A stretch of DNA of 64,000 bases, taken from positions 248,001 through 312,000 of the IMG/VR virus record IMGVR_UViG_3300045970_000794. One strand, 5' to 3'. The number at the start of each line of letters is the position of its first letter. Positions within the stretch are counted from its first letter, which is position 1. The position numbers and the translations under genes were made by a program. Below the pieces are notes generated by a model. That model had not been told where the DNA came from. It did not search any database and saw only the letters and a program-made list of their open reading frames with translations. Shown here in pieces: positions 49,143 through 57,618 of the stretch.

Positions 49143-49480
49143 TACATTGTTGAAATTATTTCCTCAAGTATAGCAATCCTTTTTTTAGTATAGAATATAT
49201 TATGTGGGAACCAATTAAGGTTTTTATCCCTTTTACGTTTCGGACAATATTTGTCTAACTCTATATAAACGTTTTCATCCTCATAAAAGCTAAAAACTTT
49301 AGATTTAGCATCCCATGTATCTATATTCAATATTTCACAAGCACGACTAATAGCAAGACATATACCATTATAGTAAATAGGGTACCCTTTTTGAATTTTA
49401 TTATCTTCAACACGTTCTTTAATAAACTTTAACGCCTCTTGATAAATCTTTTTCCTTAATTTAGTTGTATTTCTTGGCAT
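49142..49480 (-). CDS. Hypothetical protein, paralog of 60826-61185
   Basis: LRK.IY..L....G.C..I..IEL..Y.P..WFP..KRI.ILE. Confidence 0.65.
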   Translation of the reverse strand: MPRNTTKLRKKIYQEALKFIKERVEDNKIQKGYPIYYNGICLAISRACEILNIDTWDAKSKVFSFYEDENVYIELDKYCPKRKRDKNLNWFPHNIFYTKKRIAILEEIISTM

Positions 49481-49492
49481 GATATAAAAGGT

Positions 49493-49579
49493 TTATTGAT
49501 TAATACTTTGCAAAGATAATAAAAAGATAGTTACTAACCTAATTTTTTAGTAACTATTTTTCATATTATTTAATATATT
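49493..49579 (-). promoter_or_regulatory. Module P15 (11-bp inverted repeat)
   Basis: -7 box 49518-49511; arms 49527-37 and 49547-57. Confidence 0.8.
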
Positions 49580-49886
49580 ACCAAACACTTCCAAATAAGT
49601 TTTTGTTAATATCAACTTTAGTCTTACACCAGTCAATTATTGTTTCAGCATAATAACTTGTTGTTAAGTCACTAAGGAACATATACAATTCTCTATATGT
49701 ATTACCAGTACCAACTGTTACAACCCTACGTGTAAACTCTTCAGCTTTACTTTGGTCACTGGAACTCCTTGTACCTTTTGAATAGTCCCATTCTTTTCCA
49801 ATAACAGTAATTGCTTTTTTTGTTGTTTCTACAGTGATAATGCCACCTTTAGCATATTCACCAATTTTCCAAGTCTTTGTTGCCAT
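49578..49886 (-). CDS. Hypothetical protein
   Basis: ATG 49886 (MATKTWK). Confidence 0.65.
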   Translation of the reverse strand: MATKTWKIGEYAKGGIITVETTKKAITVIGKEWDYSKGTRSSSDQSKAEEFTRRVVTVGTGNTYRELYMFLSDLTTSYYAETIIDWCKTKVDINKNLFGSVW

Positions 49887-49895
49887 AATATAATA

Positions 49896-49966
49896 GTTTA
49901 ATTGATTAATATGATGCAAAGATAAAACAAATAAATGAGAAAACCTAATATTATTTAATATATTTT
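49896..49966 (-). promoter_or_regulatory. Module P16
   Basis: -7 box 49924-49917. Confidence 0.85.
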
Positions 49967-49980
49967 TATGCGCACACATG

Positions 49981-49994
49981 TACACCTTTGTGTA
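49981..49994. promoter_or_regulatory. TACAC-N4-GTGTA palindrome 2
   Basis: GTACACCTTTGTGTAC. Confidence 0.6.
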
Positions 49995-50185
49995 CGTGAT
50001 TGTTAGCTTTTAATAATAGCCAAATAAAAATAAATACATCCCTACAACCAACGATAATAGAGCGGTAAATAATATACTGCATTTAACAACCAAACAACTT
50101 GGTTAATCGGGTGGAAGTGGTATAACTAATGTCCCTAATGAAAAAACAATTGCTAATACTAATAGAAATAATATAAGTCCCATGA

Positions 50186-50554
50186 TTAAAGAATATTAGT
50201 TGAAATAAAAATTGCGGCTGGTTTAACATCTAAATAGATTACTAATCCATTACCACGTTTAATACCATACTTAGCATATGGCATATTAACAACACGCACC
50301 AATGGCTTTCTTACACCACTTGCTCTCCAAATGGCTTCGAGGTCTTCTTGAGAAAGAACATGGAATGTATTTCTACCTTCGGTTCTGAATATAGGTTTAC
50401 CCCTTTCAGCATCTTTAATTATCCTTAATTCAATTGATAACTTATTTGCTTTATTAGCATTAGATTTCCATTTAAAAGAATCCACTGTTAACTTTTCCCT
50501 TTTCTTATCGAGTGCCTTTATTTCAGCAGTCAATTCATCAATGTTCTTTTTCAT
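50186..50554 (-). CDS. Hypothetical protein
   Basis: ATG 50554 (MKKNIDE). Confidence 0.6.
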   Translation of the reverse strand: MKKNIDELTAEIKALDKKREKLTVDSFKWKSNANKANKLSIELRIIKDAERGKPIFRTEGRNTFHVLSQEDLEAIWRASGVRKPLVRVVNMPYAKYGIKRGNGLVIYLDVKPAAIFISTNIL

Positions 50555-50558
50555 ACCT

Positions 50559-50732
50559 TTATGTTGTTTTAAAATTACCACACGATTTACATCCATTTTT
50601 ACGACCATCACCTGGTGCATATAAACACCCTCGACATTCATACCAATCAATCACTCTAGGATTTTTTTTAGGTTTGATTTTAATACCCTTTATATTTGCT
50701 ACAATGCTTGGTTTAATTATAATACCTTCCAT
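50559..50732 (-). CDS. 57-aa Cys-rich protein (not in ORF track)
   Basis: MEGIIIKP..WYECRGC..GCKSCGN; fills the gap between neighbours. Confidence 0.5.
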   Translation of the reverse strand: MEGIIIKPSIVANIKGIKIKPKKNPRVIDWYECRGCLYAPGDGRKNGCKSCGNFKTT

Positions 50733-50737
50733 GATTT

Positions 50738-51205
50738 CTATTTTTTAAGTAATTGAATATAACCAACCCAATATTCCATAACATCAAATTTTTCGCTTGG
50801 TTCTGTATCATCGTCAGTATCATTACACAAATCTTGAAAATCATTTAATGAGTATACATCAACTATACAATTAAATGCACTATGAACATCTTTTAATGTA
50901 TTGAACTTTTCATTTGCATATGTTTCAACAATCTTACGACCACTACGATTATCTCTAATTGGAACTAAAGCAATATGTGTTTCATATACCTTTTCTTTTT
51001 CATCAATGGTAATACCATGTCTATTAAGAAAAGTAGTCCATTGATGATATAATAAAGGGTGACAAGCTGTAGCCCCAACAAATTTACCGTCTTTAAGACG
51101 AATTTCACCCATTGAATCCCCAACTTTGAATCCAGTTCCTTCTAACTCGACATCACCTTTTTCAGCGAAGGCAACTATTTTTGTTTTGGTTGTTTTGAAT
51201 TTCAT
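50738..51205 (-). CDS. Hypothetical protein
   Basis: 155 aa; follows P17. Confidence 0.65.
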   Translation of the reverse strand: MKFKTTKTKIVAFAEKGDVELEGTGFKVGDSMGEIRLKDGKFVGATACHPLLYHQWTTFLNRHGITIDEKEKVYETHIALVPIRDNRSGRKIVETYANEKFNTLKDVHSAFNCIVDVYSLNDFQDLCNDTDDDTEPSEKFDVMEYWVGYIQLLKK

Positions 51206-51214
51206 AACAATTTA

Positions 51215-51285
51215 GTTTAATTGGTTAATAATACTACAAAGATAATAAATTAAATTGACATTACCAAATATTATTTAATATATTT
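51215..51285 (-). promoter_or_regulatory. Module P17
   Basis: -7 box 51244-51237. Confidence 0.85.
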
Positions 51286-51291
51286 TAATTA

Positions 51292-51489
51292 TTATTTTAA
51301 TTCTTTTACATCCTTTGATATCACTACATATTCTTTAAGAAGCTCCTCATATAATGCCTCATCTTGCTCATGCAGCTTATTAAATAATACGCCAATGTTG
51401 CTATCTTTGGGGGTTAATGATTTATTTTTAATTGCTCCCATTTTACCCCGAATAAGGAATTCCAGTTTTTTAAGGTCTTTACTACTCAT
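51292..51489 (-). CDS. Hypothetical protein
   Basis: 65 aa ORF. Confidence 0.6.
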   Translation of the reverse strand: MSSKDLKKLEFLIRGKMGAIKNKSLTPKDSNIGVLFNKLHEQDEALYEELLKEYVVISKDVKELK

Positions 51490-51501
51490 CGCTAATAATA
51501 T

Positions 51502-52107
51502 TTAAACGTTATCAATTTTCTTTAACTCATTATCAATGTAATCATATACCTCCTTGGCAATGTCACCTGTAACTTCTGAATAAACGCCAGTTCTGAACCG
51601 CTCTTCTGTAGCATTAACATGAACCTCAAGCTTTTTTCCATTATAATCCACATCGTAAATCTCAATCTTAGTGGTAAGAGTCATTGAACTATTTTTAGCT
51701 TTCTTTTCTTTTACCCTAGCCAAGACATCCATAACACCTCGCTTTGCGATATAATTAACATCCATTACCGTGAAACCATTAGCATACATTAAAATGATTT
51801 CTGATATTGGAACGGAGGTTACAATTAATTTATCTGGATTTCTCCAATCTGAACCCATTATTAACGTTTGTCCATCATCCTCTGGATTAGGAATCAAATT
51901 CACATATTGGAAATTGTATGTTACTGTGTCACCACTCATGTCGTCATCAATCTGAACATCAAATAACGGCTCATCATTCATATCGTTAACCGTGTCCCAA
52001 TCCGAAAAACTTTCGAACTCTATAACTTGAACAGGTAAGTTGGTACCCACTACTAAATATTGTTTCTCCTTAACATTTAGGTATACTTTATCAATTGTTG
52101 CATCCAT
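51502..52107 (-). CDS. Hypothetical protein
   Basis: 201 aa; follows P18. Confidence 0.6.
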   Translation of the reverse strand: MDATIDKVYLNVKEKQYLVVGTNLPVQVIEFESFSDWDTVNDMNDEPLFDVQIDDDMSGDTVTYNFQYVNLIPNPEDDGQTLIMGSDWRNPDKLIVTSVPISEIILMYANGFTVMDVNYIAKRGVMDVLARVKEKKAKNSSMTLTTKIEIYDVDYNGKKLEVHVNATEERFRTGVYSEVTGDIAKEVYDYIDNELKKIDNV

Positions 52108-52119
52108 GGTTTATATTGT

Positions 52120-52183
52120 TTTAAATGATTAATTACAAAGGTATGTAAAATAATTCTTATTACCAAATCTTATTTAATATATT
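52120..52183 (-). promoter_or_regulatory. Module P18
   Basis: -7 box 52143-52136. Confidence 0.75.
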
Positions 52184-52519
52184 ATCAGTTTTTTCCACGG
52201 GCTTCTTTATGCTATTCAACTCAATTCTTTTTGGTTCAATTGTTACCTTTACATATTCACCAATAATTAATGTATTCTGGTTTTTAACATATGCATTAAC
52301 ACCATTACGAATATATTTTTCGGCACTATCCAATTGAACTACATTGGTACAACTGTCCACAACCTTTTTAATCCGTAAGGAATAACGCTTGAGGAATTCA
52401 TCCAATTCAATTTTATACTTCGCTTGTCTGACCTCAGAATCAAAACTATTAAATGTATCGCTAATTGTTTTAATTACACTATCAAACGTATCATTCGCTT
52501 TATTAAGAAGACTTTCCAT
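52160..52519 (-). CDS. Hypothetical protein
   Basis: 119 aa; follows P19. Confidence 0.65.
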   Translation of the reverse strand: MESLLNKANDTFDSVIKTISDTFNSFDSEVRQAKYKIELDEFLKRYSLRIKKVVDSCTNVVQLDSAEKYIRNGVNAYVKNQNTLIIGEYVKVTIEPKRIELNSIKKPVEKTDNILNKIW

Positions 52520-52531
52520 AGTGTAAAAAAG

Positions 52532-52601
52532 GTTAATTGGTTAATATGATGCAAAGATAAAACAAATAAATGACAATTCCAAATATTATTTGATATATTT
52601 T
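52532..52601 (-). promoter_or_regulatory. Module P19
   Basis: -7 box 52559-52552. Confidence 0.85.
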
Positions 52602-52714
52602 TTATAATGTGAAAATTATTAAATTTCCCTAGGGGACAAAACTCTTACATCCCTTGATAACCCATTATATACATTTTATCTATATCCTTCTGAAAGCCCA
52701 TATGAAAATAAATT

Positions 52715-52765
52715 GAAAATAATTCACTTTTTATTTGGTAGTTTAATTTATTTTTTGTACCTTTG
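52715..52765 (+). promoter_or_regulatory. Module P20 (class B)
   Basis: -7 box TACCTTTG 52758-52765. Confidence 0.8.
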
Positions 52766-52918
52766 TTCTGTCATTATAAGACATGTTGGTACCACCACAG
52801 TACCAAGAGGTATACTCCAACCTACACCATATTTTTTTTACCATATATTTAGATATATACATAACCTACATACGTATCAATAACAAAAAGGGAATGAGTA
52901 TTACACCCACCCCCTTAA
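52766..52918 (+). ncRNA. Candidate small RNA, copy A
   Basis: TGTCATTA..AGAC.TG and AGGTATACTCCAAC shared with 54922-54976; TTGGTAC-N7-GTACCAA hairpin. Confidence 0.4.
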
Positions 52919-52940
52919 AGAAAATAATATTAACTAAAAA

Positions 52941-53921
52941 CTATCTTAATACATAATCATTTTGACCTGTAACTTCTAATGCAAAATTAAATGATTGCAT
53001 ATTAGTTCTATAATTAGTACCAACACTTAAACTTTCAAGTTGACCATTCTCACGTTTTGGGTGTGATTTAGCATGATTAGTCCAACTAGTTACCCCATTG
53101 TGTAATCCAAAAATTGTATTACCTTTTTGGTTCATTTCTTTTTTAATGTGGGAATATAATGTGTCCATTGCATTTAAAGTTTTACCACTATCAACACCAA
53201 CCTTAGCAGTCAATCTATCAACACCTAATAATTCTCTTACTAAACCATCAACTAAATTTTGTGTACAGGCTGTTGAGTGGAATTTATTATAAATCTCAAT
53301 TTGTTTCATACTTTCGTTTAATGCTAAACGAATTAAACTTGGTAACTCAACCATTTTACCCTCTAACGACGCACTATGTTTTAACTTCATTTCACCCCTT
53401 TTATAAAAACGAAAAAATTGATTTGAACAGCTCATTACCATATCTGAAATTCCTACACCTAATCCAGTGCTACCATCATTAGAATCAATAATGGTAATGT
53501 ACTTTTTAATGCTATCATTACCAACTTTTGAAAATCCATCAATAGCTAACTGAATAAACGTTTTACGCCCACCATTCAAACAACCAGCTTTGCTTACATT
53601 TAACTCACCAAAACCATTCATACCACGTAACACCAATTCAACAACATCATCATTTTGGCTCACATGATAACTAGCTTTGGTAGTGTTAATGATTTCCATA
53701 CTTTGAGTATTTAATAACCCAAAATATGTGGTGCGAATTGATTTCTGTTTTTTAGCTTTACCAAATAAGCCAACCATTGGAACTTTCTCAATACGAAAAT
53801 TTAAACCATTGTCAACCAAGATTTTTTTCACTTGATTTTTAAGTGCTCTTTCTTGCTTTTTAGCATTATTAGTTTTTTGTGCCATAGCTTCTTTTTCAAA
53901 ATTTACGATTTCTGTTTTCAT
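52941..53921 (-). CDS. DUF932-family protein
   Basis: AGCLNGGRKTFIQL, DSNDGS..G..MVMSCSNQF, KHSAS; ATG 53921. Confidence 0.75.
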   Translation of the reverse strand: MKTEIVNFEKEAMAQKTNNAKKQERALKNQVKKILVDNGLNFRIEKVPMVGLFGKAKKQKSIRTTYFGLLNTQSMEIINTTKASYHVSQNDDVVELVLRGMNGFGELNVSKAGCLNGGRKTFIQLAIDGFSKVGNDSIKKYITIIDSNDGSTGLGVGISDMVMSCSNQFFRFYKRGEMKLKHSASLEGKMVELPSLIRLALNESMKQIEIYNKFHSTACTQNLVDGLVRELLGVDRLTAKVGVDSGKTLNAMDTLYSHIKKEMNQKGNTIFGLHNGVTSWTNHAKSHPKRENGQLESLSVGTNYRTNMQSFNFALEVTGQNDYVLR

Positions 53922-53930
53922 GATATATAG

Positions 53931-54000
53931 TTTTAATTGATTAATATAATGCAAAGGTAAGTAAAATATTTTAATCTACCAAATATTATTTAATATATTT
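53931..54000 (-). promoter_or_regulatory. Module P21
   Basis: -7 box 53959-53952. Confidence 0.85.
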
Positions 54001-54013
54001 TCAAATTATTTTA

Positions 54014-54676
54014 CTAATGTTGTACGAAACACACGTTATTCTTAGTTATACAGTAAGTACACTCCAAACCACATTTAATGTTTTTACTACTTGTAACAGG
54101 GCAAATAAATGATTTATGATTTGCTTTTAACTCATTGCAATACTCAATACTACCAAAATTCAATTTACCATTGATGAAACTACTTATTAAATTGAAATTG
54201 CTATTAGTCTTAATAACACTAAAATCTAATAAACTTTCTACCTTGGTATATACATAAAATTTAATATGTGGAAATAAACCAATAATATCATTCCAAAAAT
54301 CAATATATGATTGACTGAAAAAGTCACCACTAGAATGAATCCTTACCACAGTCCTTTTTGTTTCACTTAATTGTGTTACAATTAATTCCTTTAATAAACT
54401 TGGATTGTTTAAAAACAATTCATGATTAACAGTACGATACAATTCAGTATCTACATATTGAACCTCAGCCTTTTTTGCATAGCAACTTGCTTTGCAGTCC
54501 ACACAATTTAAACAAGTTTTTACACTTGGTAAATCAAAGATAAGAATATTATGTAACTTGCTATTACCATTAACTAATCTATTCTTATTAATATAGATGT
54601 AATTAAATAGTAATTCACGAGTATTGGTTTGTTTGCTGTAATCTCTGAATGTCCTAGATAAATCAAAATTGTTCAT
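54014..54676 (-). CDS. GP88-like (phage Gene 88) Cys-cluster protein
   Basis: FDLPSVKTC..C..C..CYAKK, VRIHSSGDF, FYVYTK, C..C..C; ATG 54676. Confidence 0.6.
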   Translation of the reverse strand: MNNFDLSRTFRDYSKQTNTRELLFNYIYINKNRLVNGNSKLHNILIFDLPSVKTCLNCVDCKASCYAKKAEVQYVDTELYRTVNHELFLNNPSLLKELIVTQLSETKRTVVRIHSSGDFFSQSYIDFWNDIIGLFPHIKFYVYTKVESLLDFSVIKTNSNFNLISSFINGKLNFGSIEYCNELKANHKSFICPVTSSKNIKCGLECTYCITKNNVCFVQH

Positions 54677-54689
54677 AGTGTTTCGGTTT

Positions 54690-54759
54690 AAGTGATTAAT
54701 AACATATTGCAAAACTACAAAAAATATTTCATATAAACAAATATTATTTAATATATTTT
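54690..54759 (-). promoter_or_regulatory. Module P22
   Basis: -7 box TAGTTTTG 54717-54710. Confidence 0.75.
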
Positions 54760-54870
54760 TCATATACTATATAAGATATTAATTGTTGGCTCAAACCCTC
54801 TGAAACCCCTATGGCAACTCAAAAACATTCTTATTCCGTGAATAAGAATGATAGCAAATTAAAATATTTT

Positions 54871-54921
54871 GAAAATAATTCACTTTTTATTTGGTAGATT
54901 AAATTATTTTCACTACCTTTG
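54871..54921 (+). promoter_or_regulatory. Module P23 (class B)
   Basis: -7 box TACCTTTG 54914-54921. Confidence 0.8.
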
Positions 54922-55020
54922 TATTGTCATTAAGACGTGACGATACCCACAACGGTCTCGGAAGGTATACTCCAACATGCAATGTTGTCGGTGGAACACT
55001 CCAATATGCCCGCTATTTTC
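54922..55020 (+). ncRNA. Candidate small RNA, copy B (3' end uncertain)
   Basis: Shares motifs with copy A; CAACAT-GCA-ATGTTG hairpin. Confidence 0.4.
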
Positions 55021-55278
55021 CTATGGGGAAATATTTGGAATTGTAAATTATTATTTGTAAGTTTGCATATGATTTAAATGGGACTGCGGTCCCACTGAAT
55101 TTGCTCGCTCATTAAATAAATGGGTTAGCCTTGCCATTCCTATTACTGAATATATCAGCGATACGGATTCCTATACCCATTTTTTTGCGAATTTGGGCAT
55201 CGGCATAGCTATTTCCAAAAATTTCTGGCGAAAAATATTAACAAAAATTTTTGCACAAGTCCGATTCCTATTAGAATA

Positions 55279-55314
55279 TACTATGGAATCTACTGTGGAA
55301 TATACTATGGAATA
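55279..55314. repeat. 12-bp tandem repeat x3
   Basis: TACTATGGAATC TACTGTGGAATA TACTATGGAATA. Confidence 0.85.
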
Positions 55315-55425
55315 TATTGTAAATTCCCTATAGGTGTAGGTAATTTTCTTAGGGGCTATAAAGGTGATTTTATATCATTTTTATGGGGAGTTATAGCTAT
55401 GGGAAAAATAAAACGATGAAGCATA

Positions 55426-55439
55426 TACACAATTGTGTA
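55426..55439. promoter_or_regulatory. TACAC-N4-GTGTA palindrome 3
   Basis: TACACAATTGTGTA. Confidence 0.6.
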
Positions 55440-55626
55440 CTTATGCTGGCATAGAGGCTCTTAGGAATCTCCATTTTTTACCACATTTTCCCACAAAGCC
55501 CCATACTTACCCCCATATAGTAAGGGGAACGTGGTTTAGAATGTATAGGGGCATATCTTATTATATTAGGCTATATAAAGCTCTGTAATGGATTAAAAAG
55601 TATATGGTGGGGCAGAAGTATAAAGA

Positions 55627-55640
55627 TACACATTTGTGTA
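55627..55640. promoter_or_regulatory. TACAC-N4-GTGTA palindrome 4
   Basis: TACACATTTGTGTA. Confidence 0.6.
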
Positions 55641-55650
55641 TTAGAGGGGC

Positions 55651-55932
55651 TTAAAATGAGTTAGTATTATCTAGTTCATTTTGTATAAATTGTATGGCTT
55701 CCATGGGTGACAATTTATTAATATCTCTATATAGCAGTTCATGAGATTGTCTAAGGAGGTGTTTTTGTATAGTTGATTCATCGAATGATTTGGATATAGA
55801 TTTAATGGACTCCAAGTACCTTACCCAATTAGAGTTGTTATTATAGTAGCCTAAATTTTCAGAGAATGTTTTAGCTATTCTATCATACTCGATATATTTG
55901 AATAGATTATATTGTTTATCTTCAAGTGCCAT
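55651..55932 (-). CDS. Hypothetical protein
   Basis: 93 aa, bracketed by palindromes 4 and 5. Confidence 0.6.
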   Translation of the reverse strand: MALEDKQYNLFKYIEYDRIAKTFSENLGYYNNNSNWVRYLESIKSISKSFDESTIQKHLLRQSHELLYRDINKLSPMEAIQFIQNELDNTNSF

Positions 55933-55953
55933 AATAATTTTTTATTGAATAAG

Positions 55954-55967
55954 TACACATTTGTGTA
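55954..55967. promoter_or_regulatory. TACAC-N4-GTGTA palindrome 5
   Basis: GTACACATTTGTGTAC, 21 nt upstream of ATG 55932. Confidence 0.6.
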
Positions 55968-56213
55968 CCATGGGATGGGTATTATTCGGTAATATATATA
56001 CCATCAAATTCTTCATCACAAATACAATCATAGTCTTTAATAAATCTTTTTGATTGTGCTATTATTTTATGACCATTGACGACCATTGAAAATTCTATGT
56101 AGTAATACATTTTTCTTCTCTAAGAACTTTAATTTCGAAAAATTCTTGGGTTTTTCTTTGACCTTCTTCTGAGTCAAGGAACTTTTTTAATTCATCTATA
56201 TAGCTCATAATAT

Positions 56214-56387
56214 TTATTTATTTTCGATATGATTATGCATTAATTTCAATACCCAAGCGTTTTCAAACTCATACAGTCCACATTCTTCATTAGCTTTTTC
56301 TTCGGTATCATAATATTTTATTTTACCTTCTTTATTTTTCATGAAGTCCATATTTCTAAGGTCTATTATTACAAATTGTCCTTTCAT
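56214..56387 (-). CDS. 57-aa hypothetical protein (not in ORF track)
   Basis: MKGQFVIIDLRNMDFM..; TAATG-coupled to the upstream ORF. Confidence 0.5.
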   Translation of the reverse strand: MKGQFVIIDLRNMDFMKNKEGKIKYYDTEEKANEECGLYEFENAWVLKLMHNHIENK

Positions 56388-56536
56388 TATAATAATTCTT
56401 CATTTTTATGTACATTCAATCTAAGAAAATCATTACAAACTCTTTCACCTTCATCGTTATAATAAAGTAAATGAATATAGTCATCAGTTTTAAGTGCTTT
56501 CAAGTCACTCATTTTTAAAACTTCACCTTTTCTCAT
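56387..56536 (-). CDS. 49-aa hypothetical protein (not in ORF track)
   Basis: MRKGEVLKMSDLK..; directly behind P24. Confidence 0.45.
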   Translation of the reverse strand: MRKGEVLKMSDLKALKTDDYIHLLYYNDEGERVCNDFLRLNVHKNEELL

Positions 56537-56560
56537 AAGATTATGTATTTGATTAGAGCA

Positions 56561-56592
56561 CAAATTTACAACAAATAATTTAAATAACCAAA
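56561..56592 (-). promoter_or_regulatory. Module P24 (core only)
   Basis: TTTG-N20-TAAATTTG. Confidence 0.6.
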
Positions 56593-56595
56593 TTT

Positions 56596-56964
56596 TTATT
56601 CAACTATTTTAATTTGCCCTCTCATTTCATTGAGTTTATCGTAATGTTCTATCATAATTTTACAGCTATGCGTATGATTGAGCTCACAATTATAATGTAT
56701 GTCATCCCAATGGTCTTTTTTATTAATTGTGCATGTGGTACATGGGTTATTTTTCTCATGCCATTCTTGTATTGGTTTATGTGCAATAGCCCACTTTTCA
56801 TTATAAGCATCACGTTTATCCCATGAATCGGTTAATGATACTCTGGTTTCATCATTACCAACATTCGTGATATCAATCTTAATGTATTTGAGCATTTGTT
56901 CTAGAAAATTCAAATTATTTTCTTTTTCGATTACTTCTATGATTTTATCTTTATAACTTCCCAT
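56596..56964 (-). CDS. Hypothetical protein with Cys/His cluster
   Basis: CTTC..HYNC..H.HSC. Confidence 0.6.
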   Translation of the reverse strand: MGSYKDKIIEVIEKENNLNFLEQMLKYIKIDITNVGNDETRVSLTDSWDKRDAYNEKWAIAHKPIQEWHEKNNPCTTCTINKKDHWDDIHYNCELNHTHSCKIMIEHYDKLNEMRGQIKIVE

Positions 56965-57394
56965 TTTCCATTAGTTTTTCGATTAATATTTTACCTTCAT
57001 TAAAGGTAGTATCTTTTAGTGTGTCACAGATTTCAGCATAGAACTTTTTGATATAGATGATAGCTTCATCAAAAGGAAGGTTGAACATATCTTTAAGCTC
57101 TTCTGTTGCTGCTACGACATATAAATACTCATGTTCAATTGGTTTTTCTGCATTTACTATATTATCGTATATTGTATCGATAGTAGATTTAAATAAATCA
57201 TTATCACCATGGACTTGAGTGGTTAAATAATTGAATAGATAGTTATAAAACCAAGTTAATTCGGTTTGTCTGAACAATTGATATTGTTTATCATCAATCA
57301 ATTTAGCATCTTCTGGAAAATTAAACATAGGTTGCCAATCAGTTCTGATACAACCATACTTCATTCTCATTCCCTCACCATTAAAATCTCTCAT
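56951..57394 (-). CDS. Hypothetical protein
   Basis: 147 aa ORF. Confidence 0.6.
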   Translation of the reverse strand: MRDFNGEGMRMKYGCIRTDWQPMFNFPEDAKLIDDKQYQLFRQTELTWFYNYLFNYLTTQVHGDNDLFKSTIDTIYDNIVNAEKPIEHEYLYVVAATEELKDMFNLPFDEAIIYIKKFYAEICDTLKDTTFNEGKILIEKLMENGKL

Positions 57395-57396
57395 GG

Positions 57397-57606
57397 TTAT
57401 TGTTCTTTATGGAAGACAGTATTGCCGATGATGATAATATTATAACCATATTCTCTCATTCGATAGTCAGAGATACCCATAGCGGTTCTGAGTTGGTCGA
57501 ATTCGTCTTTAGTTAGTTGATGCACTTCACCTTCGAAAAATTTTGAAGGAAGTAGCTCCAATATTGGCATGCTTAATGCTTTTTGTAATGCTTCGTCTTT
57601 AGTCAT
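57397..57606 (-). CDS. Hypothetical protein
   Basis: 69 aa ORF. Confidence 0.6.
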   Translation of the reverse strand: MTKDEALQKALSMPILELLPSKFFEGEVHQLTKDEFDQLRTAMGISDYRMREYGYNIIIIGNTVFHKEQ

Positions 57607-57618
57607 ATTGTTTAGTAT

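Noticed and set aside
52766-52830. tRNA or tmRNA in the GC-richer non-coding patches (also 13045-13225 and 47887-48082)
   Set aside because: No TTCRA T-loop or cloverleaf could be drawn
45405-53954. Shared N-terminal peptide MHYINQLKLY on several track ORFs
   Set aside because: The track starts at the TTG inside the promoter -7 box; the peptide is the translated conserved leader, and the real ATG is 33 nt downstream
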